Part shown: piece by piece, positions 38,792 through 47,498 of the stretch
Numbering within the stretch: the stretch's first letter is position 1
Layout: the number at the start of each line of letters is the position of its first letter
DNA from: Actinomycetales bacterium
Lineage (GTDB): Bacteria > Actinomycetota > Actinomycetes > Actinomycetales > Demequinaceae
DNA: 64,000 nucleotides
NCBI GenBank assembly: GCA_038248935.1
Contig: JBBRWX010000002.1
Location: forward strand, 2,986 to 66,985
Direction of reading: 5' to 3'
Notes under the pieces: generated by a model
Told to the model about the DNA's origin: nothing
What the model saw: only the letters and a program-made list of their open reading frames with translations
Databases searched by the model: none
Translations under genes and position numbers: made by a program

Positions 38792-40144
38792 CTACAGCCT
38801 TCGTGCCGCCACGACAAGTCTCTCTGCGGCATTGAGTAGCGCATCGGAATCGAGCGTCTGTGCCAGGGCGGCGCAGCGCTGCGCAAGGTCGTCGAGGTCC
38901 TGCATCTCGCGCAGTCCTGCAGAAAGCCGACTGTCGATCGGATCTACGAGCGCCCCAAGACGGTGCGACACGCCGGATCGCACCACCACCTGCCGCCAAT
39001 TGGTCAGCATCCGTTGGAACGCCTGCAACGCTTTGTAGGCCTCGCCAATCGCCGCCACCACCTGCTCGAGTTCCTCTCGCACATGGCGGCTCTGCCGCTC
39101 GCCCTCGCGCACCGATGCCGCGACCGTCGCACCCAAGAGCAACACCGTGCCCTCGGGGTCACCCACGGAGGCCCCTGACGCCAGCTCGCTCGCGAAGACC
39201 ATCGCCATGTCGTTGTGCAGGACCGACAGCGCAAGGCTGGCGCGCAGGTCGAGCACGCTCTCACGCACGTCCGCAAGGAGTTGGGAGAGGGGGCTCAGGT
39301 CATTGCGCGCCGTCACCGCCAGGGAAAGCGCCGCTTGAGCGGTCTTCGAGGCTGCGGGCGCCTCCGTCGCAACGGTCGCCGCCGCATTGGCCGCCGCGGC
39401 CGCCGCGGCCTCCAAACCCGCGAGGGTGACGGTGAATTCGGTGTTCGCGTTGTCGAGCCTTCCGGCCACCGCCGTCGCATCGTCATACCGCGTTCGCTGC
39501 GCCGCCAACTCGCGGTCGAGGGTGCTGATCGCCAGCACGACCTCGTGGAGCATTTCGCCCAACTCGGTGCGCGGAGGGTGAGAAGGCGCAAGCCTGCGTC
39601 GCTCGTCCACCTCGGCCGGAACCAGCACGCGGATCACATCGTCGTAGGTTGCGAACCCCAAGGCGGCGAGCCTGGCCGAGAGGTCCACGGCACCCTTTGA
39701 TGCCGACTCGGTCTTCGACAGTCCCTGTGCGCGCCATCGGTTTTCCATCTCGCGGGTCTGGGCGTACGCCTGCGAAACGGGCCCCCACAAGTCCGGCCGC
39801 GTGACGGCGCTTCTGACGGAGATGAACCCGCCGTCCATTGGCGTCACCGTCGAAAACGTGAGGTAGTGCGCGCCGTCCTTGGCCAGGTTCGTGACGTATC
39901 CCATCATCGACTTGCCCGCGCGCAAGCGCTCCCACATGATGTGGAACACCGCCCCCGGCATGTCGGGATGGCGGATGAGGTTGTGCGGAGCGCCGACCAG
40001 CTCACGCTCGCTGTATCGCGATAGCCCAACAAACGTCGAATTCACGGCGCCAATGACCCCTCGCGGGTCGGTCGTCGAGAAGAACATCTGCTGGGGGGCG
40101 TAGTCGCGGCGCTCCCCTGTCGGTTCAACGCCGGTCGATGCCAT
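38792..40144 (-). CDS. PAS domain protein with long uncharacterised helical C-terminal region
   Basis: ATG at 40144. Aer-type PAS signature (TTDPRGVIGAVNSTFVGLSRYSERELVGAPHNLIRHPDMPGAVFHIMWERLRAGKSMMGYVTNLAKDGAHY). The remaining roughly 320 aa are Ala/Leu-rich and helical. I can see no kinase, GGDEF/EAL, canonical MCP hairpin or HTH motif. Confidence 0.75.
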   Translation of the reverse strand: MASTGVEPTGERRDYAPQQMFFSTTDPRGVIGAVNSTFVGLSRYSERELVGAPHNLIRHPDMPGAVFHIMWERLRAGKSMMGYVTNLAKDGAHYLTFSTVTPMDGGFISVRSAVTRPDLWGPVSQAYAQTREMENRWRAQGLSKTESASKGAVDLSARLAALGFATYDDVIRVLVPAEVDERRRLAPSHPPRTELGEMLHEVVLAISTLDRELAAQRTRYDDATAVAGRLDNANTEFTVTLAGLEAAAAAAANAAATVATEAPAASKTAQAALSLAVTARNDLSPLSQLLADVRESVLDLRASLALSVLHNDMAMVFASELASGASVGDPEGTVLLLGATVAASVREGERQSRHVREELEQVVAAIGEAYKALQAFQRMLTNWRQVVVRSGVSHRLGALVDPIDSRLSAGLREMQDLDDLAQRCAALAQTLDSDALLNAAERLVVAARRL

Positions 40145-40264
40145 GCGTTCAGCCCTCTCCGAGCCCGGCTCCACAGCCGAGCCTCCGCTCAGAAATCGCA
40201 CTTTAGCCCGAAACGGGCCCGTGACCTTCTTCTGACATGATGGAAGAACCGGAAGAGAAGGCGA

Positions 40265-42781
40265 ATGGCAGACTCAACCCACGAACGGACCAAGAGACTC
40301 GGACACCGCGCGGATGCTGCAGTGCCGGTCTCGACCTATCGACTCCAACTCACCGCGGACTTCACCTTCGCGGACGTTGAGGCGAGGCTTGATTACTTTG
40401 ACGCGCTCGGAGTCACGCATCTCTACCTATCCCCGATTCTCACGGCGGCGCCGGGCTCGACCCACTTCTACGACGTCGTTGACCACTCACAGGTAGCCGC
40501 GGTCCTCGGCGGCGAAGACGGGCTCCGTCACCTTTCCTGGGCCGCAGGCGAGCACGGCATCGGCCTCATCGCGGACGTGGTGCCCAATCACATGGCCGTT
40601 CCGACTCCCGCGTATCACAACAAGGCGTTGTGGTCTGTGCTCGCTCTAGGTAAGGCCTCCCCCTTCGCCCATTGGTTCGACGTGGACTGGTCCAGCAACG
40701 ACGGCGTGCTCATGCCCGTTCTTGGCGACCGAATCGGCACGATCCTCGCCCGCGAAGAACTGACGCTCGACCACATGGTGGTTCCCGGCTTCGAGGACAA
40801 AGGGGCGGTGCCCGTCCTCAGGTACTACGAGCATGTCTTCCCCGTGCGAGAGGGCTCGGAGAACCTGCCGATGGCCGACCTCGTCGTCGACCAGCCCTAC
40901 CGGCTTGCCTACTGGCGCGTCGCCAATGAGGAGCTGAACTACCGGCGCTTCTTCGACGTCGGTTCGCTTGTCGCCGTGCAGGTCGAGAACGACGACGTGT
41001 TCGAATCGACGCACCGCGTGATCGTCGACCTGGTCAATGACGGCACGCTGAAGGGGCTGCGTATCGACCACCCGGACGGGCTTGCGAACCCCGCAGGTTA
41101 CATTGCGAAACTTTCCGACGCGACGCACGGCGCGTGGCTCGTCGTCGAGAAGATCCTCGAAGACGACGAGCACCTGCCGACGTCTTGGAAGACGGCGGGA
41201 ACGACGGGCTACGACGCGTCGTGGCGCATCGGCGCCGTGTTGCGCGACCCCTCGGGAGCCGCTCCCCTCGCCGGAACGCTCTATCAACTCACGGGCGACG
41301 CCATGGGCTCCCTTCCCGGTCTCATCGATGCCGCGAAGCGCGAAATCGTGCATGGCTCCTTGTCTTCCGAGTCCCGACGACTCGCGACCCTCGCTCACGA
41401 CGTCTGCCGTTCGGACGTGCGGCTGCGCGATCACACCTGGAAAGCGCTGTATGACTGCTTGAGATCCATGCTCGTGAACTTCGGCAGGTATCGCGCGTAC
41501 ATCGTTCCTGGTACACTACCTAATCCGACGTCTCTCGAGGCGATCGACGCCGCGGCAGCGCGCGCCAAGGCCGTCCTGGATCCCGAGCGTCACGAGACCC
41601 TGGACGTCGTGGTCGACCTCCTCAAGGGGGCCGAGGTCGGCTCCGCGGGAAAGACCCTCGAATCCGCGCGCATGGAACTCGTGACGCGGTTCCAGCAAGC
41701 ATGCGGCGCGGTCATGGCCAAGGGCGTTGAGGACACCGCGTACTACCGCTGGACGCACCTTTTGCCCCTGTGCGAGGTCGGCTCCCCCGCGGGACGGTTC
41801 GCGATCCCCCCGGCGGCGTTCCACGCGTGGGCGAGCGAGCAACAGCTCACCTTCCCGCATGGCATGACGACGCTGACCACACACGACATCAAGCGATCAG
41901 AAGATGTGCGCGCTCGCCTTGGCGTCTTGAGCGAGACGCCGGAGGCATGGGACGCCTGGCTGGTGCGTGCCCGCGCAGCATCGGCCGAATTGCGGCCAAG
42001 CGAGCTCGACGGACGGACCGAGAACCTCTGGTGGCAGACGCTCGTCGGCACGGTCGCACCCGAAGGCGAGCCCATGGAATGGGACCGTCTCGAGGGCTAC
42101 CTCATCAAGGCCATGCGCGAGGCCAAGTCGTACACGACCTGGACCGACGTCAACGAGACGTACGAGACGGCGGTGCTGTGGTTCGCCCAGACCACACACG
42201 CGGACCCCGCGATCCAGGCTCTCGTCGCGGAGTGGACCACGCTTACCGAGGAGGGCGTCCGCACAGCGATCCTGGCGCAAAAGCTCATCCAGCTCACGAT
42301 GCCTGGCATTCCCGATGTCTACCAAGGCACCGAGGAGGTGCGCCCGCTGCTCGTTGATCCCGACAATAGGCGCGCCGCCGACTTCGACCACCTCGCCGAA
42401 CAGCTGGCACTCGTCGCAGGAAAGTCAAAGACTCGCACGCTGTCCGAAGAGAAGCACCGCGTCGTCGCGCGCGCGCTCATGGCCCGCCGCGACCACCAGG
42501 GTGCCTTCGTTGGCACGTACGCGGGGTACGTGCCTCTGCCTTCGTCATCGGGGCACGCGTTCGTGTTTGCTCGCACCGAGGCAGACTCGGCCGAGGTCAT
42601 CACGGTCGCCACGCGGGTGGGCATGGAACTCCAGAGGCTTGGCGGCTGGGGGGAACACACCGTCACGCTTCCCGAAGGGCAGTGGCGCGATGTGCTCACC
42701 GGCACCGTGACACACGGCGGGCCGACTCCCCTTGCCGCGCTCCTCAAGACGCTCCCCGTGGCGCTCCTGGAGCGCACCTGA
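40265..42781 (+). CDS. treY: malto-oligosyltrehalose synthase
   Basis: N-terminus STYRLQLTADFTFADVEARLDYFDALGVTHLYLSPIL, the GLRIDHPDGL catalytic region, 838 aa. Confidence 0.93.
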   Translation: MADSTHERTKRLGHRADAAVPVSTYRLQLTADFTFADVEARLDYFDALGVTHLYLSPILTAAPGSTHFYDVVDHSQVAAVLGGEDGLRHLSWAAGEHGIGLIADVVPNHMAVPTPAYHNKALWSVLALGKASPFAHWFDVDWSSNDGVLMPVLGDRIGTILAREELTLDHMVVPGFEDKGAVPVLRYYEHVFPVREGSENLPMADLVVDQPYRLAYWRVANEELNYRRFFDVGSLVAVQVENDDVFESTHRVIVDLVNDGTLKGLRIDHPDGLANPAGYIAKLSDATHGAWLVVEKILEDDEHLPTSWKTAGTTGYDASWRIGAVLRDPSGAAPLAGTLYQLTGDAMGSLPGLIDAAKREIVHGSLSSESRRLATLAHDVCRSDVRLRDHTWKALYDCLRSMLVNFGRYRAYIVPGTLPNPTSLEAIDAAAARAKAVLDPERHETLDVVVDLLKGAEVGSAGKTLESARMELVTRFQQACGAVMAKGVEDTAYYRWTHLLPLCEVGSPAGRFAIPPAAFHAWASEQQLTFPHGMTTLTTHDIKRSEDVRARLGVLSETPEAWDAWLVRARAASAELRPSELDGRTENLWWQTLVGTVAPEGEPMEWDRLEGYLIKAMREAKSYTTWTDVNETYETAVLWFAQTTHADPAIQALVAEWTTLTEEGVRTAILAQKLIQLTMPGIPDVYQGTEEVRPLLVDPDNRRAADFDHLAEQLALVAGKSKTRTLSEEKHRVVARALMARRDHQGAFVGTYAGYVPLPSSSGHAFVFARTEADSAEVITVATRVGMELQRLGGWGEHTVTLPEGQWRDVLTGTVTHGGPTPLAALLKTLPVALLERT

Positions 42782-44619
42782 TGGCCACGGCTCCGGTCTC
42801 CGTGTGGGCGCCGGAGGCCTCGGCCGTCACGTGCGTGTCTCGGGAGGGCGCCGCAGGTGCCGGCTCCGAAGCTCGGTCGCCGATGCTCCACGCCGCCGAC
42901 GGCTGGTGGACCGGCCCCTCGCTGCCCCAGGGAACCGACTACGCGTTCGAAATCGACGGCAGCGGCCCCTTCCCCGATCCGCGCAGCCCGTGGCAGCCGC
43001 ACGGCGTCCACGCGTTCTCTCGCACCTTTGACGCGACAGGTTTCGGCTGGACCGATGGAGGCTGGTCAGGGCGTGACGCCCGCGGCGCCGTCACCTACGA
43101 GCTTCACATCGGCGCGTTCACCTCCGAGGGCACCCTCGACGCCATCACGAGCGACCGGTTACGAGACTTGGCGCGTCGAGGAATCGAAATGATCGAACTG
43201 ATGCCCGTCGCGGCCTTCCCCGGAAACAGGGGCTGGGGCTACGACGGCGTCGCGCTCTACGCGGTGCACGAGGCGTATGGCGGCCCCGCCGCCCTGCAGC
43301 GCTTCGTCGACGCGGCGCACGCCGAGGGCATCGGCGTGTGTCTCGACGTCGTGTACAACCACTTGGGACCCGACGGAAACTACCTCGCGCAGTTTGGGCC
43401 GTACTTCACCAGCGCCCACGAGACGCCGTGGGGATGGGCGGTCAATCTCGACCAGCCCGGTTGCGACGGAATGCGTGAGTTCATCATCGAAAACGCCTTG
43501 CGTTGGTTCACCGATTTCCACATCGATGCGCTCCGTCTCGACGCGATCCATGCACTCGTCGACGACTCCCCCGTGCACCTCCTCGCGGAGCTGTCAATGC
43601 GCGCGTCGGCTCTTGCCGAACGTCTCGGCCGGCCGCTGTCCCTCGTCGCAGAGTCCGACCTCAACGAGCCTGCAACCATCACCCCCGTCGGCGAGCACAC
43701 GGCGGCAGGCGCGCCGGGTCTCGGAATGACCGCCCAGTGGGCCGACGACGTGCACCACGCGCTCCACACGTACCTCACGGGGGAACGGCACGGCTACTAC
43801 ATCGACTTCGGCTCGATCGAGACGCTCGACAAGGCGTACCGAGAGGTGTTCGTCCACGACGGCGGTTTGTCGACCTTTCGTGGCAAGAACTGGGGTGCAC
43901 CGGTTCCCGCCTCCATCGACAGGCGCCGATTCGTTGTGTGTGCGTCAAACCACGACCAAGTGGGAAACCGTGCGCTTGGCGACCGGCCCTCGTCGACGCT
44001 GTCGCCCGGCGCTCAGGCGGCTTCGCTCGCTCTCATCCTGCTGAGCCCCTTCACGCCGATGCTCTTCATGGGTGAGGAGTACGGCGAGACGCGGCCCTTC
44101 CTGTTCTTCACCGACCACGCCGAGCCTCTCGGTTCCGCCGTATCGGCCGGTCGAATGAGCGAATTTGGGGGCCACGGTTGGGAAGACCTGTACGGAGGCG
44201 AGGTCGACGTGCCGGATCCTCAAGACACGAAAACGTTTGTGCGTTCGCAGTTGCGCCCCTCAGGCGAAGAGTCGCTCCCCGCTCACCGTGCCATCGAATC
44301 GTGGTGTGAAGCAGTGATGTCCGCCCGCCCACTGACGCTGGATCCCGACGCGTGGCTGCGCCACCCCGTGTCCGTCTCTGAGGCATCGGCAAGGCAGCTC
44401 ACGATGACGGGACCCGTCACGGTGCACGCAAACCTCTCGCACGAGCCGATGCACCTCCGCGGACCGTTGCTGAGCACACTCGGAATCGTCGAGGCGGACG
44501 GCGAGAGCTTTGTGCTTCACCCCGATGCGGTCGCCCTCGTGGGCGTCGCGCCGATCGGGACGGCACTCATCGAGACTGCATTCATCGACAGGGCAGTGTC
44601 CGAAGTGACGGAGGACTGA
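42781..44619 (+). CDS. treZ: malto-oligosyltrehalose trehalohydrolase
   Basis: The ATG at 42781 overlaps the treY TGA (TGATG). GH13 motifs DVVYNHLG, DALRLDAIHAL, AESDLN, NHDQVGNR. Confidence 0.93.
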   Translation: MATAPVSVWAPEASAVTCVSREGAAGAGSEARSPMLHAADGWWTGPSLPQGTDYAFEIDGSGPFPDPRSPWQPHGVHAFSRTFDATGFGWTDGGWSGRDARGAVTYELHIGAFTSEGTLDAITSDRLRDLARRGIEMIELMPVAAFPGNRGWGYDGVALYAVHEAYGGPAALQRFVDAAHAEGIGVCLDVVYNHLGPDGNYLAQFGPYFTSAHETPWGWAVNLDQPGCDGMREFIIENALRWFTDFHIDALRLDAIHALVDDSPVHLLAELSMRASALAERLGRPLSLVAESDLNEPATITPVGEHTAAGAPGLGMTAQWADDVHHALHTYLTGERHGYYIDFGSIETLDKAYREVFVHDGGLSTFRGKNWGAPVPASIDRRRFVVCASNHDQVGNRALGDRPSSTLSPGAQAASLALILLSPFTPMLFMGEEYGETRPFLFFTDHAEPLGSAVSAGRMSEFGGHGWEDLYGGEVDVPDPQDTKTFVRSQLRPSGEESLPAHRAIESWCEAVMSARPLTLDPDAWLRHPVSVSEASARQLTMTGPVTVHANLSHEPMHLRGPLLSTLGIVEADGESFVLHPDAVALVGVAPIGTALIETAFIDRAVSEVTED

Positions 44620-45491
44620 TGGGCAAGAAGGATCGCGAGTGGCGGGATTCTCCTACGCATACGCTGCGGGTCAATGCGGGCTTCTCGATCGCGGAGTTCG
44701 ACTGCGCGGCCACCCCCGGGTTCACAGGCGATGAGGATGACGCCACGGACCTGATGGACCGGCGCGGTCGAGAACTCTCCGACCTCCAAGAGCAGCTCTT
44801 TGCGGAGGGCCGCTCCGGAGGAACACGGTCCGTGTTGCTCGTCATTCAGGGAATGGACACCGCAGGCAAGGGCGGCATCGTGCGCCACGTCGTCGGAATC
44901 GTCGACCCTCAGGGCGTTCAGCACCACTCGTTTGGCGTCCCCACCGAGGAGGAGAAGGCGCACCACTATTTGTGGCGCATCGAGAACGCGCTCCCCACCC
45001 CCGGTTACATCGGCGTCTTTGATCGATCCCACTACGAGGATGTCTTGGTCGTGCGCGTCCACAACTACGTCGAGCCCGCCGTGTGGGGCGAGCGCTACGA
45101 CGAAATCAACGCGTGGGAGGCGAAGGTCGCCGCGTCGGGCACCCTCATCGTGAAGTGCGCCCTGATGGTGTCGAAGACCGAGCAGCTCAACAGACTTGAG
45201 GCCAGGCTCGATCGGCCTGACAAGTACTGGAAGTACAACCCCCACGATCTCGACGAGCGGGGCTATTGGGACGCATACATGGAGGCGTACCAGGCCGCCT
45301 TCGACCGTTGCTCGACGGACGTCGCCCCTTGGCACGCGATTCCCGCGGACAACAAGTGGTTCGCACGGCTTGCGGTGACGGAACTCCTCACTCAGGCTCT
45401 CGAAGACATGAAACCCACGTGGCCCGCGGCCGACTTCGACGTCGAGACCGAGAAGAGGCGCATCGCCGCGCTGCGGGATCGGGACGAGTAA
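44619..45491 (+). CDS. ppk2: PPK2-family polyphosphate--nucleotide phosphotransferase
   Basis: The ATG overlaps the treZ TGA. Walker A-like GMDTAGKGG, the FDRSHYEDVLVVRVH lid region, and the WKYNPHDLDER motif. Confidence 0.9.
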   Translation: MGKKDREWRDSPTHTLRVNAGFSIAEFDCAATPGFTGDEDDATDLMDRRGRELSDLQEQLFAEGRSGGTRSVLLVIQGMDTAGKGGIVRHVVGIVDPQGVQHHSFGVPTEEEKAHHYLWRIENALPTPGYIGVFDRSHYEDVLVVRVHNYVEPAVWGERYDEINAWEAKVAASGTLIVKCALMVSKTEQLNRLEARLDRPDKYWKYNPHDLDERGYWDAYMEAYQAAFDRCSTDVAPWHAIPADNKWFARLAVTELLTQALEDMKPTWPAADFDVETEKRRIAALRDRDE

Positions 45492-45556
45492 AACTGCGCG
45501 ATAGCGACGAGTGAAACTGCGCAGGAGCGACCAGTGAAACTGCGTGGCTCCGAGAA
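45488..45556. repeat. 23-bp tandem repeat x3 beginning at the ppk2 stop codon
   Basis: gtaaaactgcgcgatagcgacga / gtgaaactgcgcaggagcgacca / gtgaaactgcgtggctccgagaa. The TAA stop (45489..45491) lies in unit 1. Confidence 0.85.
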
Positions 45557-45575
45557 GCAAGACGGTGCCTCACCA

Positions 45576-46352
45576 TTACTCCGATTCCGACTTCAACCCC
45601 TTCAGCCTGCGACTCGCGGCACGGCTCACATCCGGCGAGGCGTGCTTGACGAAACGTTCGAGATCGTCCCCTGGCAGGTGGGGGTTGTTGAGCAGTGCCG
45701 TGATCACCAAGTGGTGTCGCTCCTGCTCGAGGCACGCTTCCAACGCGACGGTTGGAGTTGAGGGGTTTTGGGCGGCCCACCAGCGCACGTCTTCGTCGGC
45801 GTCCAACACGAGCGCCGCAAGCAGGTCGGGATCGGTGTCGACGTCCGATGCGTGGCGCATACGTTTGACGCCATCCGTGCCCTTTCGGATGTCACCTGCC
45901 ACGTGCGTGAGGGCCTGCGCAATGGCTCCGTCGCCCGAGGCGTACGCGGTGGAGACCTCAATCACGTAGTCAGACAGGTCGACGGCCTCCTCGGCCCTCG
46001 CCCTGACCTCGAGGGTCGATCTCGCTTGAGGATCAATCACCTCTTGTCGGATCATCAGGGACAGTTCGCGGAGGACGTCCGCTGTCCTGAACGAGGGGTG
46101 GCTCGAGTCGCCATTCGCATCGGCGCGGAACCCTCCCTCGACCTGTCCGATGATCGCAAGAGACTGCGCCACGGCCTCGAGTTTGCCGGCCTCGTGAGCA
46201 GCAGCGATATCGTCGTCCGTGGTGCGAAGGGCCGCGATGTCCGCATCGATCCTGCTCTTGGCGCGCCCGATGTCCATGGGCCGCGCCCGACCGTAAATGT
46301 TGACCACTCGCCCCACCTTTCGTGAGTGTTTTCCTCGCGCTGACATCGTCAT
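45576..46352 (-). CDS. hypothetical protein with C-terminal LRV/HEAT-like repeats
   Basis: 258 aa, GC3-rich. The C-terminal third shows repeat-like motifs (DEDVRWWAAQNPSTP; LLNNPHLPGDDL; HASPDVSRAASRRL). No family recognised for the N-terminal two-thirds. Confidence 0.55.
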   Translation of the reverse strand: MTMSARGKHSRKVGRVVNIYGRARPMDIGRAKSRIDADIAALRTTDDDIAAAHEAGKLEAVAQSLAIIGQVEGGFRADANGDSSHPSFRTADVLRELSLMIRQEVIDPQARSTLEVRARAEEAVDLSDYVIEVSTAYASGDGAIAQALTHVAGDIRKGTDGVKRMRHASDVDTDPDLLAALVLDADEDVRWWAAQNPSTPTVALEACLEQERHHLVITALLNNPHLPGDDLERFVKHASPDVSRAASRRLKGLKSESE

Positions 46353-46478
46353 GTCGTGAAGCCCGCGACTCTCCTATCGGTTCCGGGATGGGTTTCGGTA
46401 GCCGCGTGAAGCGCGCCAGGCCGAAATGGAGTGTCAGATTCCCCACTCTCCTGCGACTCTGGATGTCACCCCGTTGCT

Positions 46479-47477
46479 TCAGGAGGGCTCGCTCATCGAC
46501 GCCAGTCGCGAGAGGGCGCGGAAGTACTTCTTGCGATAGCCGCCCGCGAGCATGTCCTGCGGAAAGATCTCGCCGAGCGATTCGCCGGAGGCGACCACCC
46601 TGACATCGGCGTCGTAGAGGCGGTCCACAAGGCTCACCACACGCAGAGCTTGGGATTGGTCGGACACGGCGCTGACGTCGGTCAGTCCTAGCCAGCGGAC
46701 ACCCTCGACGTAAGGGCCAAGCCTGCTGGGATGCACGTTGGCCAGGTCAGCGACCAAGGCGGGCCACGACTCGAGGACGCCACCCCAGCGGGAAACCACT
46801 GCGCGTGCCTCTTCCGTCGTCGACATCACAAACGCGGGTTCTCCGCGATGACGATAGTCGGGACCGTCGATCGAGACCGCCTCAAACACCTTGGAGACCG
46901 CCTGAATCTCGCGCGCAAAGTCGGCCGCGGCGAAGCGCCCCTGGCCAAGCGATTCCGGCAAGGTATTCGACGTCGCTGCAAGCGCAACCCCCGCCTCGGC
47001 GAGTTCACGCATGAGTCGCGCCATCATGACCGTGTCTCCAGGGTCATCCAGTTCGAACTCGTCGATGCACACCGCGCGAAACTGGCTGAGTGCGGCACGG
47101 GCCTGCGCAAAACCAAGCGCGCCCACAAGGTGCGTGTACTCGACGAAGGTTCCAAAGGCCGACTCGGGCCCCACTTCGTCGGCGATCGCCGCGAGCAAGT
47201 GGGTCTTGCCCACCCCAAATCCGCCGTCGAGATAGAGCCCTCGCCCTGCGGACGGCCGACGCCTGCCCACGGCGCCCACCGCAAACGCTCGGGCCTTGTC
47301 GCGCGCGGCCGCCTGAGAGGGGAACGCAGGATCGGGTCGATACGTGTCAAACGTCGCATCGAAGAAGTGTGGGGGGACGGTCAGTTGACCGACCAAGTCC
47401 TTGGCCACGACAACGGGTCGACGTCCCACGAGCATCACGGTGTCCCACACTAGTGCGGACTGGAGCGGCCCTCTCAC
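46479..47477 (-). CDS. zapE: cell division protein ZapE / AFG1-like ATPase
   Basis: Walker A GGFGVGKTHLL and Walker B AVCIDEFELDD, followed by SNTLPESL. Start possibly at the internal ATG 47435. Confidence 0.85.
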   Translation of the reverse strand: MRGPLQSALVWDTVMLVGRRPVVVAKDLVGQLTVPPHFFDATFDTYRPDPAFPSQAAARDKARAFAVGAVGRRRPSAGRGLYLDGGFGVGKTHLLAAIADEVGPESAFGTFVEYTHLVGALGFAQARAALSQFRAVCIDEFELDDPGDTVMMARLMRELAEAGVALAATSNTLPESLGQGRFAAADFAREIQAVSKVFEAVSIDGPDYRHRGEPAFVMSTTEEARAVVSRWGGVLESWPALVADLANVHPSRLGPYVEGVRWLGLTDVSAVSDQSQALRVVSLVDRLYDADVRVVASGESLGEIFPQDMLAGGYRKKYFRALSRLASMSEPS

Positions 47478-47498
47478 TCACATCGGGCGGAGGTGCTC

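Noticed and set aside
38792-40144. Reading the PAS protein C-terminal region as a methyl-accepting chemotaxis signalling domain.
   Set aside because: The LALSVLHNDMAMVFASE segment only vaguely resembles the MCP hairpin consensus (NLLALNAAIEAARAGE), and no flanking heptad-conserved blocks are visible. I left it as uncharacterised pending profile searches.
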